Source: a virus. Taken from it: 64,000 nucleotides of DNA. How positions within the stretch are numbered: the stretch's first letter is position 1; the number at the start of each line of letters is the position of its first letter. The notes below the pieces were generated by a model. It searched no databases and was not told where the DNA came from. It saw nothing but the letters and a program-made list of their open reading frames with translations. Below are positions 52,058 through 59,992 of the stretch, in pieces. The position numbers and the translations under genes are program-made. The stretch covers positions 39,224 through 103,223 of the IMG/VR virus record IMGVR_UViG_3300006737_000020; one strand, given 5' to 3'.

Positions 52058-52345
52058 TTATATAGATTCGTTAGCCCATTCATTATCTAATGTTGCAGAA
52101 CAAGGTACTTCTATTCTAGGAGCATAATATGCAAACTTTGCTCTTCCAAGACCTTCACATTCTACTCTTTCAATAAGACCTTTCTTCATGCCTCTTCGTA
52201 ACATATCTGCATATTTCTTATTTGATTGCATTGAATTATTTCTATCATATCCAAATGCTGCTTTAAATATTTCTGTTTCGGTCATTGGCCCTACATTTTT
52301 TAAGGCATCTACCATTTCATGAACTGAATTTCTTTTTACTATCAT
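52058..52345 (-). CDS. Putative winged-helix DNA-binding protein
   Basis: GPMTETEI...LRRGMKKGLIERV...FAYY; first gene after a host-type promoter. Confidence 0.45.
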   Translation of the reverse strand: MIVKRNSVHEMVDALKNVGPMTETEIFKAAFGYDRNNSMQSNKKYADMLRRGMKKGLIERVECEGLGRAKFAYYAPRIEVPCSATLDNEWANESI

Positions 52346-52403
52346 TTTTTAATTTTTAATTTAGGTCTACTTCTGGCTAGACCTCTTACCTTTTTTATTT
52401 ATA

Positions 52404-52435
52404 TAAAGATAAGAAAAAAATCTCAATTAACCAAA
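52404..52435 (-). promoter_or_regulatory. Host-type promoter with extended upstream A-tract
   Basis: AAAAAAAGCTGGTAAAAGA-TTTG-N20-TATCTTTA. Confidence 0.72.
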
Positions 52436-52470
52436 TCTTTTACCAGCTTTTTTTGAAAAAGTTTATAGTA

Positions 52471-52498
52471 AGAAAGGTGCACAAAAGTGCACCTCTCT
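52471..52498 (-). terminator. Intrinsic terminator-like hairpin
   Basis: AGGTGCAC-N4-GTGCACCT followed by TTCTT on the minus strand, after gene 52522-52746. Confidence 0.7.
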
Positions 52499-52521
52499 AA
52501 TTATATAACAAATTAAACTAA

Positions 52522-52746
52522 TTATTTTTTAGTAAAAAATGATACTAAGATAACTAATACTACTAGTCCAACAAATCCACCTTGACCAATTGAATTGATT
52601 AAAGCTGTAAGATTTGCTACTACATCCATGTTAAATATAGCACCACCTGTTAATACATACCATAAGATTGATACAGGTATAACTGCCATCATGATAGATA
52701 ACAATCCACCGAAAAATCCGGTTACATACTTAATTACTGAATCCAT
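52522..52746 (-). CDS. Small two-TM membrane protein
   Basis: Two hydrophobic helices; GAGGA RBS. Confidence 0.7.
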   Translation of the reverse strand: MDSVIKYVTGFFGGLLSIMMAVIPVSILWYVLTGGAIFNMDVVANLTALINSIGQGGFVGLVVLVILVSFFTKK

Positions 52747-52791
52747 AATTTATCCTCTTTTTTATTTAATTGTTTTGTGGCAAAATTGCCT

Positions 52792-53289
52792 AATTAGAGA
52801 GCTCGTTTACTGTTACTTAATTAAAACTTAAACCCAAACCCTAATGTAAGGTTTGTAGTCTTAGTTCCTGTATTATAAACGATTTTAGGATCTACGTAAA
52901 TATTACTTCTTAAAGTAAATAATTTACCAGCTCCGATTGACATTCCTTCCGTAGAAAGACCGTCAGTTGCTAAATAAGCAAAATATCCTTTTACAAAATA
53001 TCTTGCATGGAAGTCTATATCCATATCTGCTGTTGAATCTACTTGGCTTACTGAAGCACCTACCATTAGGTTTTCCATTACACCATATCCAATTGTTGGA
53101 GATACTGACCATTCAGTCCAAGCTGTATTTGCTACATCACCTGTTCCTACGTACCAGTCTCCTGCTGTTTGAGCGTTAGCTGCGGTAAAACCGAAAACTA
53201 ATGCTAATGTTAAAATCAAATTTTTCATAAAATTTCTCCTTTGTTTTATTATGCCAATATTGGCTTTTTATGTAAGGAGCTCTCTAATT
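52792..53289. repeat. 13-bp perfect inverted repeat bracketing the beta-barrel gene
   Basis: AATTAGAGAGCTC (52792-52804) and GAGCTCTCTAATT (53277-53289). Confidence 0.85.
52821..53228 (-). CDS. Small outer-membrane beta-barrel protein
   Basis: Sec signal ending ANA-Q, alternating amphipathic strands, C-terminal LGFGFKF beta-signal. Confidence 0.8.
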   Translation of the reverse strand: MKNLILTLALVFGFTAANAQTAGDWYVGTGDVANTAWTEWSVSPTIGYGVMENLMVGASVSQVDSTADMDIDFHARYFVKGYFAYLATDGLSTEGMSIGAGKLFTLRSNIYVDPKIVYNTGTKTTNLTLGFGFKF

Positions 53290-53375
53290 TATGTACTCCA
53301 CGTGAGTAGAGTAAATTTCTCCTAAATCATAATACTATGTATAATATATAAAATATTATTCAAAGTACCAAATCT

Positions 53376-53675
53376 TTAGTCATCTTTTTTTACCTTAGTT
53401 GATGCTTCACCTTTTGCATCTTTTTTATAATCTATGTAAGCTCTTAAAACTTCGTTAGGTGTTATTTCCAATGCCGCAGCTAATTTCAATATCACCTGTG
53501 AAACCACTTTCCTTTTTTGGAAAGATCCTTTTGCACGTTTCCCTAGACTGGATAATACCATTGCTAGTCGTGTGTTGTCTGTAACCGTACCTCTTGAAAC
53601 TGCTCTTCCGGCAGCTTCGTTTTTTATTTTTTGTAATTCTTCTTTTACTAATTCTTTAATATATGATCGTTTCAT
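53376..53675 (-). CDS. Small basic protein with LVKEE...KNE leader
   Basis: MKRSYIKELVKEELQKIKNE. Confidence 0.6.
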   Translation of the reverse strand: MKRSYIKELVKEELQKIKNEAAGRAVSRGTVTDNTRLAMVLSSLGKRAKGSFQKRKVVSQVILKLAAALEITPNEVLRAYIDYKKDAKGEASTKVKKDD

Positions 53676-53680
53676 AATAA

Positions 53681-54076
53681 TTATTGTTTTGGAATTGGAA
53701 TTGACCTTCTACCACCTTTCAATCGTTTTGACTCTAATTGATTAGCTATATCTAATTCTGCTCCAATTAATTTATATAATATACCTGCGTCACTTATTAA
53801 ATCTTGTAATTGTTTATACGCTTGATAAGAATTAGGTCCACCTTTTGCTGCATCCTTTGCAGTAGCTAATGCTCCAGATAACCTATCTACCACCTGACCT
53901 CTAATAGACGATCGATTTAAAGTTGCAAATCCAGATACTTTTACCATTGGGTCGTTTGGGTCCATATCTTTAGGATCTGCTAGTGTTCCAAATTTATACG
54001 ATTCTTCTTTAATCAATTGATTAACTTCTTCTCGTATTATTTGTTTAATTCTATTCTTTAAATCTTTTCCGTCCAT
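53681..54076 (-). CDS. Small protein with IIREE...IKE leader
   Basis: LKNRIKQIIREEVNQLIKEE. Confidence 0.6.
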   Translation of the reverse strand: MDGKDLKNRIKQIIREEVNQLIKEESYKFGTLADPKDMDPNDPMVKVSGFATLNRSSIRGQVVDRLSGALATAKDAAKGGPNSYQAYKQLQDLISDAGILYKLIGAELDIANQLESKRLKGGRRSIPIPKQ

Positions 54077-54079
54077 TGT

Positions 54080-54292
54080 TTAATTCCAAAATATTAGTTT
54101 GCCTAAAATACCTAATACCGCGATCCATACAGACCATAATGCGCCATTAGCTTTTTTTCTAAAATCGGTGTTACGATTAACTCTAGATATAGTTCCATCA
54201 TCTGGATCTAATAATCTAATTTTAATTTCCTTTACATCTGCTTTAATTGATAAAAGTTCATCATGCAGTTGTTGATTTGTTAATCGTGCCAT
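54080..54292 (-). CDS. Small coiled-coil protein with C-terminal TM (holin/XhlA-like architecture)
   Basis: ALWSVWIAVLGILGKLIFW. Confidence 0.5.
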   Translation of the reverse strand: MARLTNQQLHDELLSIKADVKEIKIRLLDPDDGTISRVNRNTDFRKKANGALWSVWIAVLGILGKLIFWN

Positions 54293-54296
54293 ATTA

Positions 54297-54482
54297 TTAT
54301 GATCTTTTACTTTCTAATACTGATTGCTTTCTATAATCGGTTACTAATTTTTTTATTTCACCAATTGACTTTCTTGCTCTTGTTGCTGCTGCCTTATTAC
54401 CTTTATCGGTAAATTTTCTATGATTTTCTTGAAACTCTTCCCAAAGGTTATTCAATGTATCATATAACTGAGTTGTACTCAT
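54297..54482 (-). CDS. Histone H1-like protein (Hc1 family, Bacteroidota type)
   Basis: KGNKAAATRARKSIGEIKKL...YRKQS; AAGGAGA RBS; late motif upstream. Confidence 0.78.
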   Translation of the reverse strand: MSTTQLYDTLNNLWEEFQENHRKFTDKGNKAAATRARKSIGEIKKLVTDYRKQSVLESKRS

Positions 54483-54526
54483 AACGTTTCTCCTTTTAGT
54501 TATTCTTTAAAATAAATATGCTGAAG

Positions 54527-55138
54527 CTAGTAATTTCCATCATCTAAATCACCAAATTCTTCTTCATCCATATCTGTTGTATAATCAATCGCTGTAAATG
54601 GGTCTCTTCCCATATCACGAATTGCTTGAACATCTGTGATATCTAATTCTACCAATCTTCCATGTGGTCTATCTGAATGGAACTTTCCTATCATTGCACC
54701 ATATTTTGGGTGTAGATGATAATCTCCTATAAATTCTCTTCCATCTACAGTTGCATATTCACCACCTGCAGTATACATACCTTCTTGTAATCCTGGATCG
54801 TCATAATCTATATCATCATCTTCTCCAATAGCCTCTAATTCATCATCAACGTCTATTTCATCATCAGATACAAATACAGGTTCTTTATCCATTCCTATTT
54901 CATCTGTATCAAACGAATCTCGGTCTAAAGTACCATCTTCAGATTGTACAGTTTCAAATGCATCTTTAAAACTACGTTGCAAGTCTTGATCAGAATATAC
55001 TTCTGTTTGTTGGAATATTAAATTACCATCTAAGTATACTTCTCCTAGATCGTTTTCATCATCTATAACAAATTCTAAATCCCTTCCTTTATATAGGGTA
55101 TCATTTTCTCTATTTTGAAATTCATATCCGTATGCCAT
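54527..55138 (-). CDS. Acidic hypothetical protein (paralogous domain shared with 55142-55861)
   Basis: GRDLEF...VYLDGNLIF...LQRSFKDAFE. Confidence 0.6.
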   Translation of the reverse strand: MAYGYEFQNRENDTLYKGRDLEFVIDDENDLGEVYLDGNLIFQQTEVYSDQDLQRSFKDAFETVQSEDGTLDRDSFDTDEIGMDKEPVFVSDDEIDVDDELEAIGEDDDIDYDDPGLQEGMYTAGGEYATVDGREFIGDYHLHPKYGAMIGKFHSDRPHGRLVELDITDVQAIRDMGRDPFTAIDYTTDMDEEEFGDLDDGNY

Positions 55139-55141
55139 AAC

Positions 55142-55861
55142 TTACCTTTTATATCTTATATGTTTAGGAGTTACAATATATTCATGATAAAGATCTTCAT
55201 GGTCATCTACCACATCATCTAATTCTTCTTGAACCATATCAGTATAATGTTCTTGATAATCATCACTAAACTTACCAGGATATTCTTGTTTGAATCTAGC
55301 TTGATATTCACGTTCAAATCGTTCTGCATATTCCTCCTCCATTTGTTCTCTTAACTCATCTAATTCAGCATCAATCCTATCTTCTATAGCAGAATCCATA
55401 TCAGCTGTATCTCCAAACATCATTGGATCATCTTCATCTTCTGCTAATATATTTGCAACTTGCGATCCAGATAATTGTTCTACTTCAAATAGTTCCATAA
55501 AACGTTCTTGTAATTTACGTAATGATGCTCCACGTATTTGAGTTTCATATATAACATGACCATCTAATAAAACTTTTTCAGATTCACCTCTACCCATAAA
55601 TCCTCTATTAACATCAAAATCTAATACACGACCTAAAAATTGTTTTTCATGATCATCTCTATTAGTAATCATAACATATCCATTACCAGGAGGAATTCCT
55701 TTAACTGGAGGTCTTTTAAATGCAGATATTAAATTATCATATGCCGCATCAATAGGACCTGATGTTCCAGGTGAAGGTGGACGATTAACCGTTACTTTTG
55801 GTCTACGTCTTTTTCTCCTTCTTCTTGCTAAAAGTGCTGCACCTACTACTATTGGCCACAT
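55142..55861 (-). CDS. Hypothetical protein with hydrophobic/poly-Arg N-terminus and acidic C-terminus
   Basis: MWPIVVGAALLARRRRKRRRP; late motif and AGGAGA upstream. Confidence 0.65.
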   Translation of the reverse strand: MWPIVVGAALLARRRRKRRRPKVTVNRPPSPGTSGPIDAAYDNLISAFKRPPVKGIPPGNGYVMITNRDDHEKQFLGRVLDFDVNRGFMGRGESEKVLLDGHVIYETQIRGASLRKLQERFMELFEVEQLSGSQVANILAEDEDDPMMFGDTADMDSAIEDRIDAELDELREQMEEEYAERFEREYQARFKQEYPGKFSDDYQEHYTDMVQEELDDVVDDHEDLYHEYIVTPKHIRYKR

Positions 55862-55909
55862 ACTAAATCTCCTATTATTATTTTAATATAAATATGGAGA
55901 AGGAAGGAA

Positions 55910-56416
55910 TTAACTATTGGAATATGATGATAGTTTAGAGGAAATCCATCCAGCTAACCGTTTAATTACACCACGTTTATGGGTTTTAGTAACCATAGGC
56001 GTTGGTTTAACAGTTTTTGTAAACTCTGTTTTAGATTCTTCTAATTTTTCTAGAATTTTTTCTACTTTATCTTCTGGTAATGGTATTGGTTCTACAACTA
56101 CAGGTCGTTTTTTAGGTTTTCTAGGAGACATTTTTCTAGGAACAAAGTTTGATTTATCAGGTACGTCTTGTTCTTGTACAACAGCTGCTACTTCTACCTG
56201 TAAATAATCAAATTTATCAGTATTAATATTTTTTATCTCATAATCTTGATCTAAATGAGTTAAAATATCACCTATTTCAATATTTTGTTTATCTTCGTAG
56301 TCAATTGTACGTACGTTTCCATCTGTATCCAGTCCTACTTTAGCAAATTGTAATGTTTTCTTAAGATGAAATTCTGTTTCAGATATTTTTTTGAAGTTTC
56401 CTAGTATTGCTTTCAT
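55910..56416 (-). CDS. Hypothetical protein
   Basis: Clean ORF in the operon. Confidence 0.55.
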   Translation of the reverse strand: MKAILGNFKKISETEFHLKKTLQFAKVGLDTDGNVRTIDYEDKQNIEIGDILTHLDQDYEIKNINTDKFDYLQVEVAAVVQEQDVPDKSNFVPRKMSPRKPKKRPVVVEPIPLPEDKVEKILEKLEESKTEFTKTVKPTPMVTKTHKRGVIKRLAGWISSKLSSYSNS

Positions 56417-56591
56417 TTTTTTCTGTTTTTATAACTTTATCGTGAGCGTATCTCCACTTTTCACGAGTTTCTTTGTATCTATGTTCTTCTTGATGATTCA
56501 TTTTTTTCAATTGTGCATCAAATTCTTTTTTTAAACCTTTTGAATTTATTGATTCGGTGATTTCCCACCAAAAATCTTCCCAATGACCCAT
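56379..56591 (-). CDS. Hypothetical protein
   Basis: Trp-rich N-terminus; overlaps the next gene. Confidence 0.5.
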   Translation of the reverse strand: MGHWEDFWWEITESINSKGLKKEFDAQLKKMNHQEEHRYKETREKWRYAHDKVIKTEKNESNTRKLQKNI

Positions 56592-56612
56592 AATATTGAC
56601 CCTAATTTTATA

Positions 56613-56747
56613 TTATCTACCTTGACCTCTATATTTTTTCTTATAATGTCTAGAATTTTTACAGTTAGATGTTTTAGACTTGGAATGTACACCAGGTCTT
56701 TTCTTATGCTTCTTCTGAATATGAGTGAATGAATTTCTAACTGCCAT
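56613..56747 (-). CDS. 44-aa very basic peptide ending KKYRGQGR (not in the ORF track)
   Basis: MAVRNSFTHIQKKHKKRPGVHSKSKTSNCKNSRHYKKKYRGQGR; AAGGG upstream; fills the gap. Confidence 0.75.
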   Translation of the reverse strand: MAVRNSFTHIQKKHKKRPGVHSKSKTSNCKNSRHYKKKYRGQGR

Positions 56748-56764
56748 GATTATAACCCTTTATA

Positions 56765-57715
56765 TTAAAATCTATCAACTCCTTTACCTGTTTCAAATGC
56801 TTTTAATATTTGTTTAATATATCCTGCAGTCTCTTTTGATGCATCTTGGTTATAAGATCCATATCCTGATTCCTTTTCTCTTTCTGCAGCATTATCTTGT
56901 CTTATATATTCACCATAGTATCTCAATGATCTTGACATTGCAGATGTAACATCTTTCATTGCAACTTCATTCCCATTAATATGAGTTACTAATTCATCAT
57001 ATCTACCTACTTTAATTACCGCCATTCCTTCTGCAACTGCATCATTTGCAAACTTAACTATCTTAGCAACCATTGCATCTACATTATCTCTTGTTCCTAC
57101 TCTTGCATTTAGAATATCTTTATATCTTTTAAGATTTGCACGCCTCCATGATGGCGCATCTTTGAATTTATCTTTACCTAATTTTAATTCAGCTCTTTTA
57201 GCTTTCAATGCTTTAGTTCCACCTCTGAATGATTCAAAATCCATTACATAAATTTCATCAGCTATTTCTTTTAATTTTTTAAGTTGTAATGTTCCACGTT
57301 TACCATGTCCTGATGCATCACCGTATTTACTTACACCTTTTGGTCCAACTCCTTCACGGCCATCATATTGAACTTTACCCATTAATGTCACAGCCATAAC
57401 ACCTTCCGGTATAGTTGTATCCCAATATCTACCTCCACCATATGGATTTTGTTTTCTTTGTGTATTAACCCAGAATACCAATCCTGTCTTGATCATAGGA
57501 TCATTCATGTTAGTTGATTTATTTAATGTTCCTGCAGGAAGTTTATCCCATGCTATACTATGTGTATGTGCAAAACGCTTGAACCAGTTATTATATCTAC
57601 TTGCTTTGATACCACCCATCTTTGATACTTTTCTAATAATTGGGTCTGCAAATGCTTCATTAAGAATATTATAGTATTCTTCTTTTATTATTTCTTTTAA
57701 CTTTGATATCTTCAT
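56765..57715 (-). CDS. Putative head-internal protein with IIKEE...LNE leader
   Basis: MKISKLKEIIKEEYYNILNE|AF; late motif and AGGGA upstream. Confidence 0.65.
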   Translation of the reverse strand: MKISKLKEIIKEEYYNILNEAFADPIIRKVSKMGGIKASRYNNWFKRFAHTHSIAWDKLPAGTLNKSTNMNDPMIKTGLVFWVNTQRKQNPYGGGRYWDTTIPEGVMAVTLMGKVQYDGREGVGPKGVSKYGDASGHGKRGTLQLKKLKEIADEIYVMDFESFRGGTKALKAKRAELKLGKDKFKDAPSWRRANLKRYKDILNARVGTRDNVDAMVAKIVKFANDAVAEGMAVIKVGRYDELVTHINGNEVAMKDVTSAMSRSLRYYGEYIRQDNAAEREKESGYGSYNQDASKETAGYIKQILKAFETGKGVDRF

Positions 57716-57759
57716 AGTTGTTCCCTAATATTCTCTAATAATTTTATAATAAATATGCA

Positions 57760-58074
57760 CTAGTCCTTGATTTCACCTCGTAAGAATTTCTTTTGTTTAG
57801 CTATAGCTTTGTCTAAGTCTGCTTTCTGAATACTATCCTTCTCAATGACTTTAGGTTCTTTATGTCCTAAGTATTTTACTATATGCCATGGCTTATTTTT
57901 CTTTTGTTTTGCATCTAAATTTTTAAACCAGGTTACTCCAGGTAGTATTGTTCCTGATTTCATTCTTAATTTATACAGTTTACTCTTCTTGTCTGTGATT
58001 TCAATAACTTCACATTCACAACTTGACCCCAAGAAGACGGCCCCTACTATATCTCCAACTTTTAAATGTTTCAT
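57760..58074 (-). CDS. Hypothetical protein (SH3/Tudor-like start)
   Basis: MKHLKVGDIV; start placed at ATG 58074. Confidence 0.55.
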   Translation of the reverse strand: MKHLKVGDIVGAVFLGSSCECEVIEITDKKSKLYKLRMKSGTILPGVTWFKNLDAKQKKNKPWHIVKYLGHKEPKVIEKDSIQKADLDKAIAKQKKFLRGEIKD

Positions 58075-58075
58075 A

Positions 58076-58627
58076 TTACATTCTCCAATTTTTGAACGCA
58101 TGCAGAATTTCATCATCTACAGGTTCTGGTTTAACACTTTTTACTTGTGGTACAATTGTAGGATTAAACGTTTCAAATATTTCTAATGCTTGTCTACGTT
58201 GGCTTCCTGATATAATTTCTTCTTCACAAGCTTTTTCTATTTTCTTAATTGCATAATTTTTATCACAATCTAAAAAGTCCATTGCCTCTTCTAATACCTT
58301 TTCAAAATTAGCTTGACTATATTCAGGCATCTTTCTAGATACTCGAGTTTTCAATGATAAGGAAGAAGCTTTAGGACTTGGATCATTCTTACTTGCTCTA
58401 TATAACATAGAACCAAATCCTTGCCTACCTTTACTATCCAATCCTCTCAAGTATTCTTTTGTATCTTTATTTTTGATAACTTCTACTTCTGAATAAGTAG
58501 TTTTACCTGATATAATAGTTCTTACATAATTACGTTCTACAGAAGAACATTCAACACATTCACGAGTACCAGGTAAAGCTTTTATTCTTGCTTCTGGTAT
58601 TAGTTCGTTACATTTACAACAGTTCAT
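58076..58627 (-). CDS. Protein with N-terminal DksA/TraR-type C4 zinc finger
   Basis: CCKCNELIPEARIKALPGTRECVEC. Confidence 0.7.
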   Translation of the reverse strand: MNCCKCNELIPEARIKALPGTRECVECSSVERNYVRTIISGKTTYSEVEVIKNKDTKEYLRGLDSKGRQGFGSMLYRASKNDPSPKASSLSLKTRVSRKMPEYSQANFEKVLEEAMDFLDCDKNYAIKKIEKACEEEIISGSQRRQALEIFETFNPTIVPQVKSVKPEPVDDEILHAFKNWRM

Positions 58628-58641
58628 ACAATTAATTTTAG

Positions 58642-58715
58642 TGAACGCGGAAGGATTCGAACCTTCGACCGTTAGCTTAGAAGGCTAATGCTCTATCCAG
58701 CTGAGCTACGCGTCC
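58642..58715 (-). tRNA. tRNA-Arg(UCU), CCA not encoded
   Basis: GGACGCG/CGCGTTC acceptor stem, TAGCTCAGCTGGATAGAGC D-arm, TTAGC-CT-TCT-AA-GCTAA anticodon arm, GGTTCGAATCC T-arm. Confidence 0.95.
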
Positions 58716-58743
58716 ATATTAAGTTGTGCTATTCGCAGTTAAC

Positions 58744-58923
58744 TTACGACTTACAAAATGCTCCTATGAAGCATCCGGCAGCCATCGCACAACAACAACC
58801 AAAGAAACCCATTTCATTTAATGGATCTGCGAAGTCGATATATTCTAATATCTCTCCTGTACCTGTTATCCAGGCTAAATAAAGGCTTAAACATCCTCCT
58901 AAAAATAATAACAAATTTTTCAT
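58744..58923 (-). CDS. 59-aa Cys-rich two-TM membrane protein (not in the ORF track)
   Basis: MKNLLLFLGGCLSLYLAWITG...GFFGCCCAMAAGCFIGAFCKS; directly after a host-type promoter. Confidence 0.65.
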   Translation of the reverse strand: MKNLLLFLGGCLSLYLAWITGTGEILEYIDFADPLNEMGFFGCCCAMAAGCFIGAFCKS

Positions 58924-58947
58924 AATTTTTACTTTTTATTTATAATA

Positions 58948-58979
58948 TAAAGATAAGAAAAAAATCTCGTAATACCAAA
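58948..58979 (-). promoter_or_regulatory. Host-type promoter upstream of the small membrane gene and tRNA
   Basis: AAAAAAAGCATGAAAAAGA-TTTG-N20-TATCTTTA. Confidence 0.72.
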
Positions 58980-59002
58980 TCTTTTTCATGCTTTTTTTTT
59001 AA

Positions 59003-59491
59003 TTATATACTATCTTTCATTAATCGATCTACTACTTTATTAACAACTTTTACATGAGGATCATTAATTAGTTCTGTACCATAATCATGTTTGGCCCAAT
59101 CAAATCCAATCATCATATATTTTGTTCTAGGTAGAAGTCTTTCAAAACTACCGTAAGAATACTCTTCATGAATAGAATAGTTCTGCATCATATCTAACTC
59201 TCTTCTAAACTCTTTATCTACATCTCCAATAGTATAACCATCACCGTAACCAGAAAAGCAAACTAGTTTTTGAAGTTTAACAATATCAAAAGAAGAACAA
59301 ATTACAGTCCAATCATCATCCATACCTATATGACCTAGGTCATTAAGTAGAGCTTCCCATTTATTAAGAATATTAGTTTTCATTTCTTTAGCAACCATAT
59401 TATTATGGTCATACATTTCTTTACTATGTGGTTTGGTAATTTCGATTCCGTAAGCGAAGGTAGGTTCTTTTTTCTTTCTCATATTATTCAA
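59003..59491 (-). CDS. Hypothetical early protein
   Basis: Follows the host-type promoter at about 59525-59556; A-rich leader. Confidence 0.6.
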   Translation of the reverse strand: MNNMRKKKEPTFAYGIEITKPHSKEMYDHNNMVAKEMKTNILNKWEALLNDLGHIGMDDDWTVICSSFDIVKLQKLVCFSGYGDGYTIGDVDKEFRRELDMMQNYSIHEEYSYGSFERLLPRTKYMMIGFDWAKHDYGTELINDPHVKVVNKVVDRLMKDSI

Positions 59492-59684
59492 TTTTTAATT
59501 TTTAATTATTAATTTATATAATATAAATATAAGAAAAATATTTCAATTAAACAACCTTTTTGGCAGCTTTTTTTGAGAAAGTTATTAAGAGCCAGATTTC
59601 AAGTTTACACTGGTATTGTAAGATTTAATAATTAATTAATATTAAATTAATATACTTGAATAAGGTTTTTGCTATTTATATTAA

Positions 59685-59759
59685 ATGAAAGAAAGAATAG
59701 ACATAACACCTGCCATATACATTGGATTAATGATAGCTATATTTTTATTAGCTATTTAA
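59685..59759 (+). CDS. Putative 24-aa hydrophobic peptide
   Basis: MKERIDITPAIYIGLMIAIFLLAI; TATTTATA 4 nt upstream on the plus strand. Confidence 0.45.
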   Translation: MKERIDITPAIYIGLMIAIFLLAI

Positions 59760-59992
59760 TCTTCAAACTCTTCGGTGTAATACCATTCACCGGTTTTATC
59801 ACGCAATATAGATAATATATCAGAATGATTATATTGAGTTTTACCATTTAAAAAAGAAGGAGTATTACCGTTAAATTTTACTAATGCCTTAGTACCATCA
59901 ATATTATATCTTAAAGTACTACTAGAACTTTGTTCAACTTGATTAAAATCTATTGAACTAACATCGGTGCTATTTATTATTACGTATATCAT
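59756..59992 (-). CDS. Small phage protein coupled to the LamG gene
   Basis: YVII...IDF.QV...TLRY..DGTK..VKF.G.TPSFL; TAATG coupling. Confidence 0.6.
   Translation of the reverse strand: MIYVIINSTDVSSIDFNQVEQSSSSTLRYNIDGTKALVKFNGNTPSFLNGKTQYNHSDILSILRDKTGEWYYTEEFED

Noticed and set aside
47949-53289. Gene-bracketing inverted repeats as insertion-sequence ends
   Set aside because: No transposase or recombinase is nearby, no target-site duplication is visible, and the two pairs share no sequence.
58688-58882. Plus-strand 64-aa ORF
   Set aside because: It is antisense to the tRNA and to a promoter-supported minus-strand ORF.
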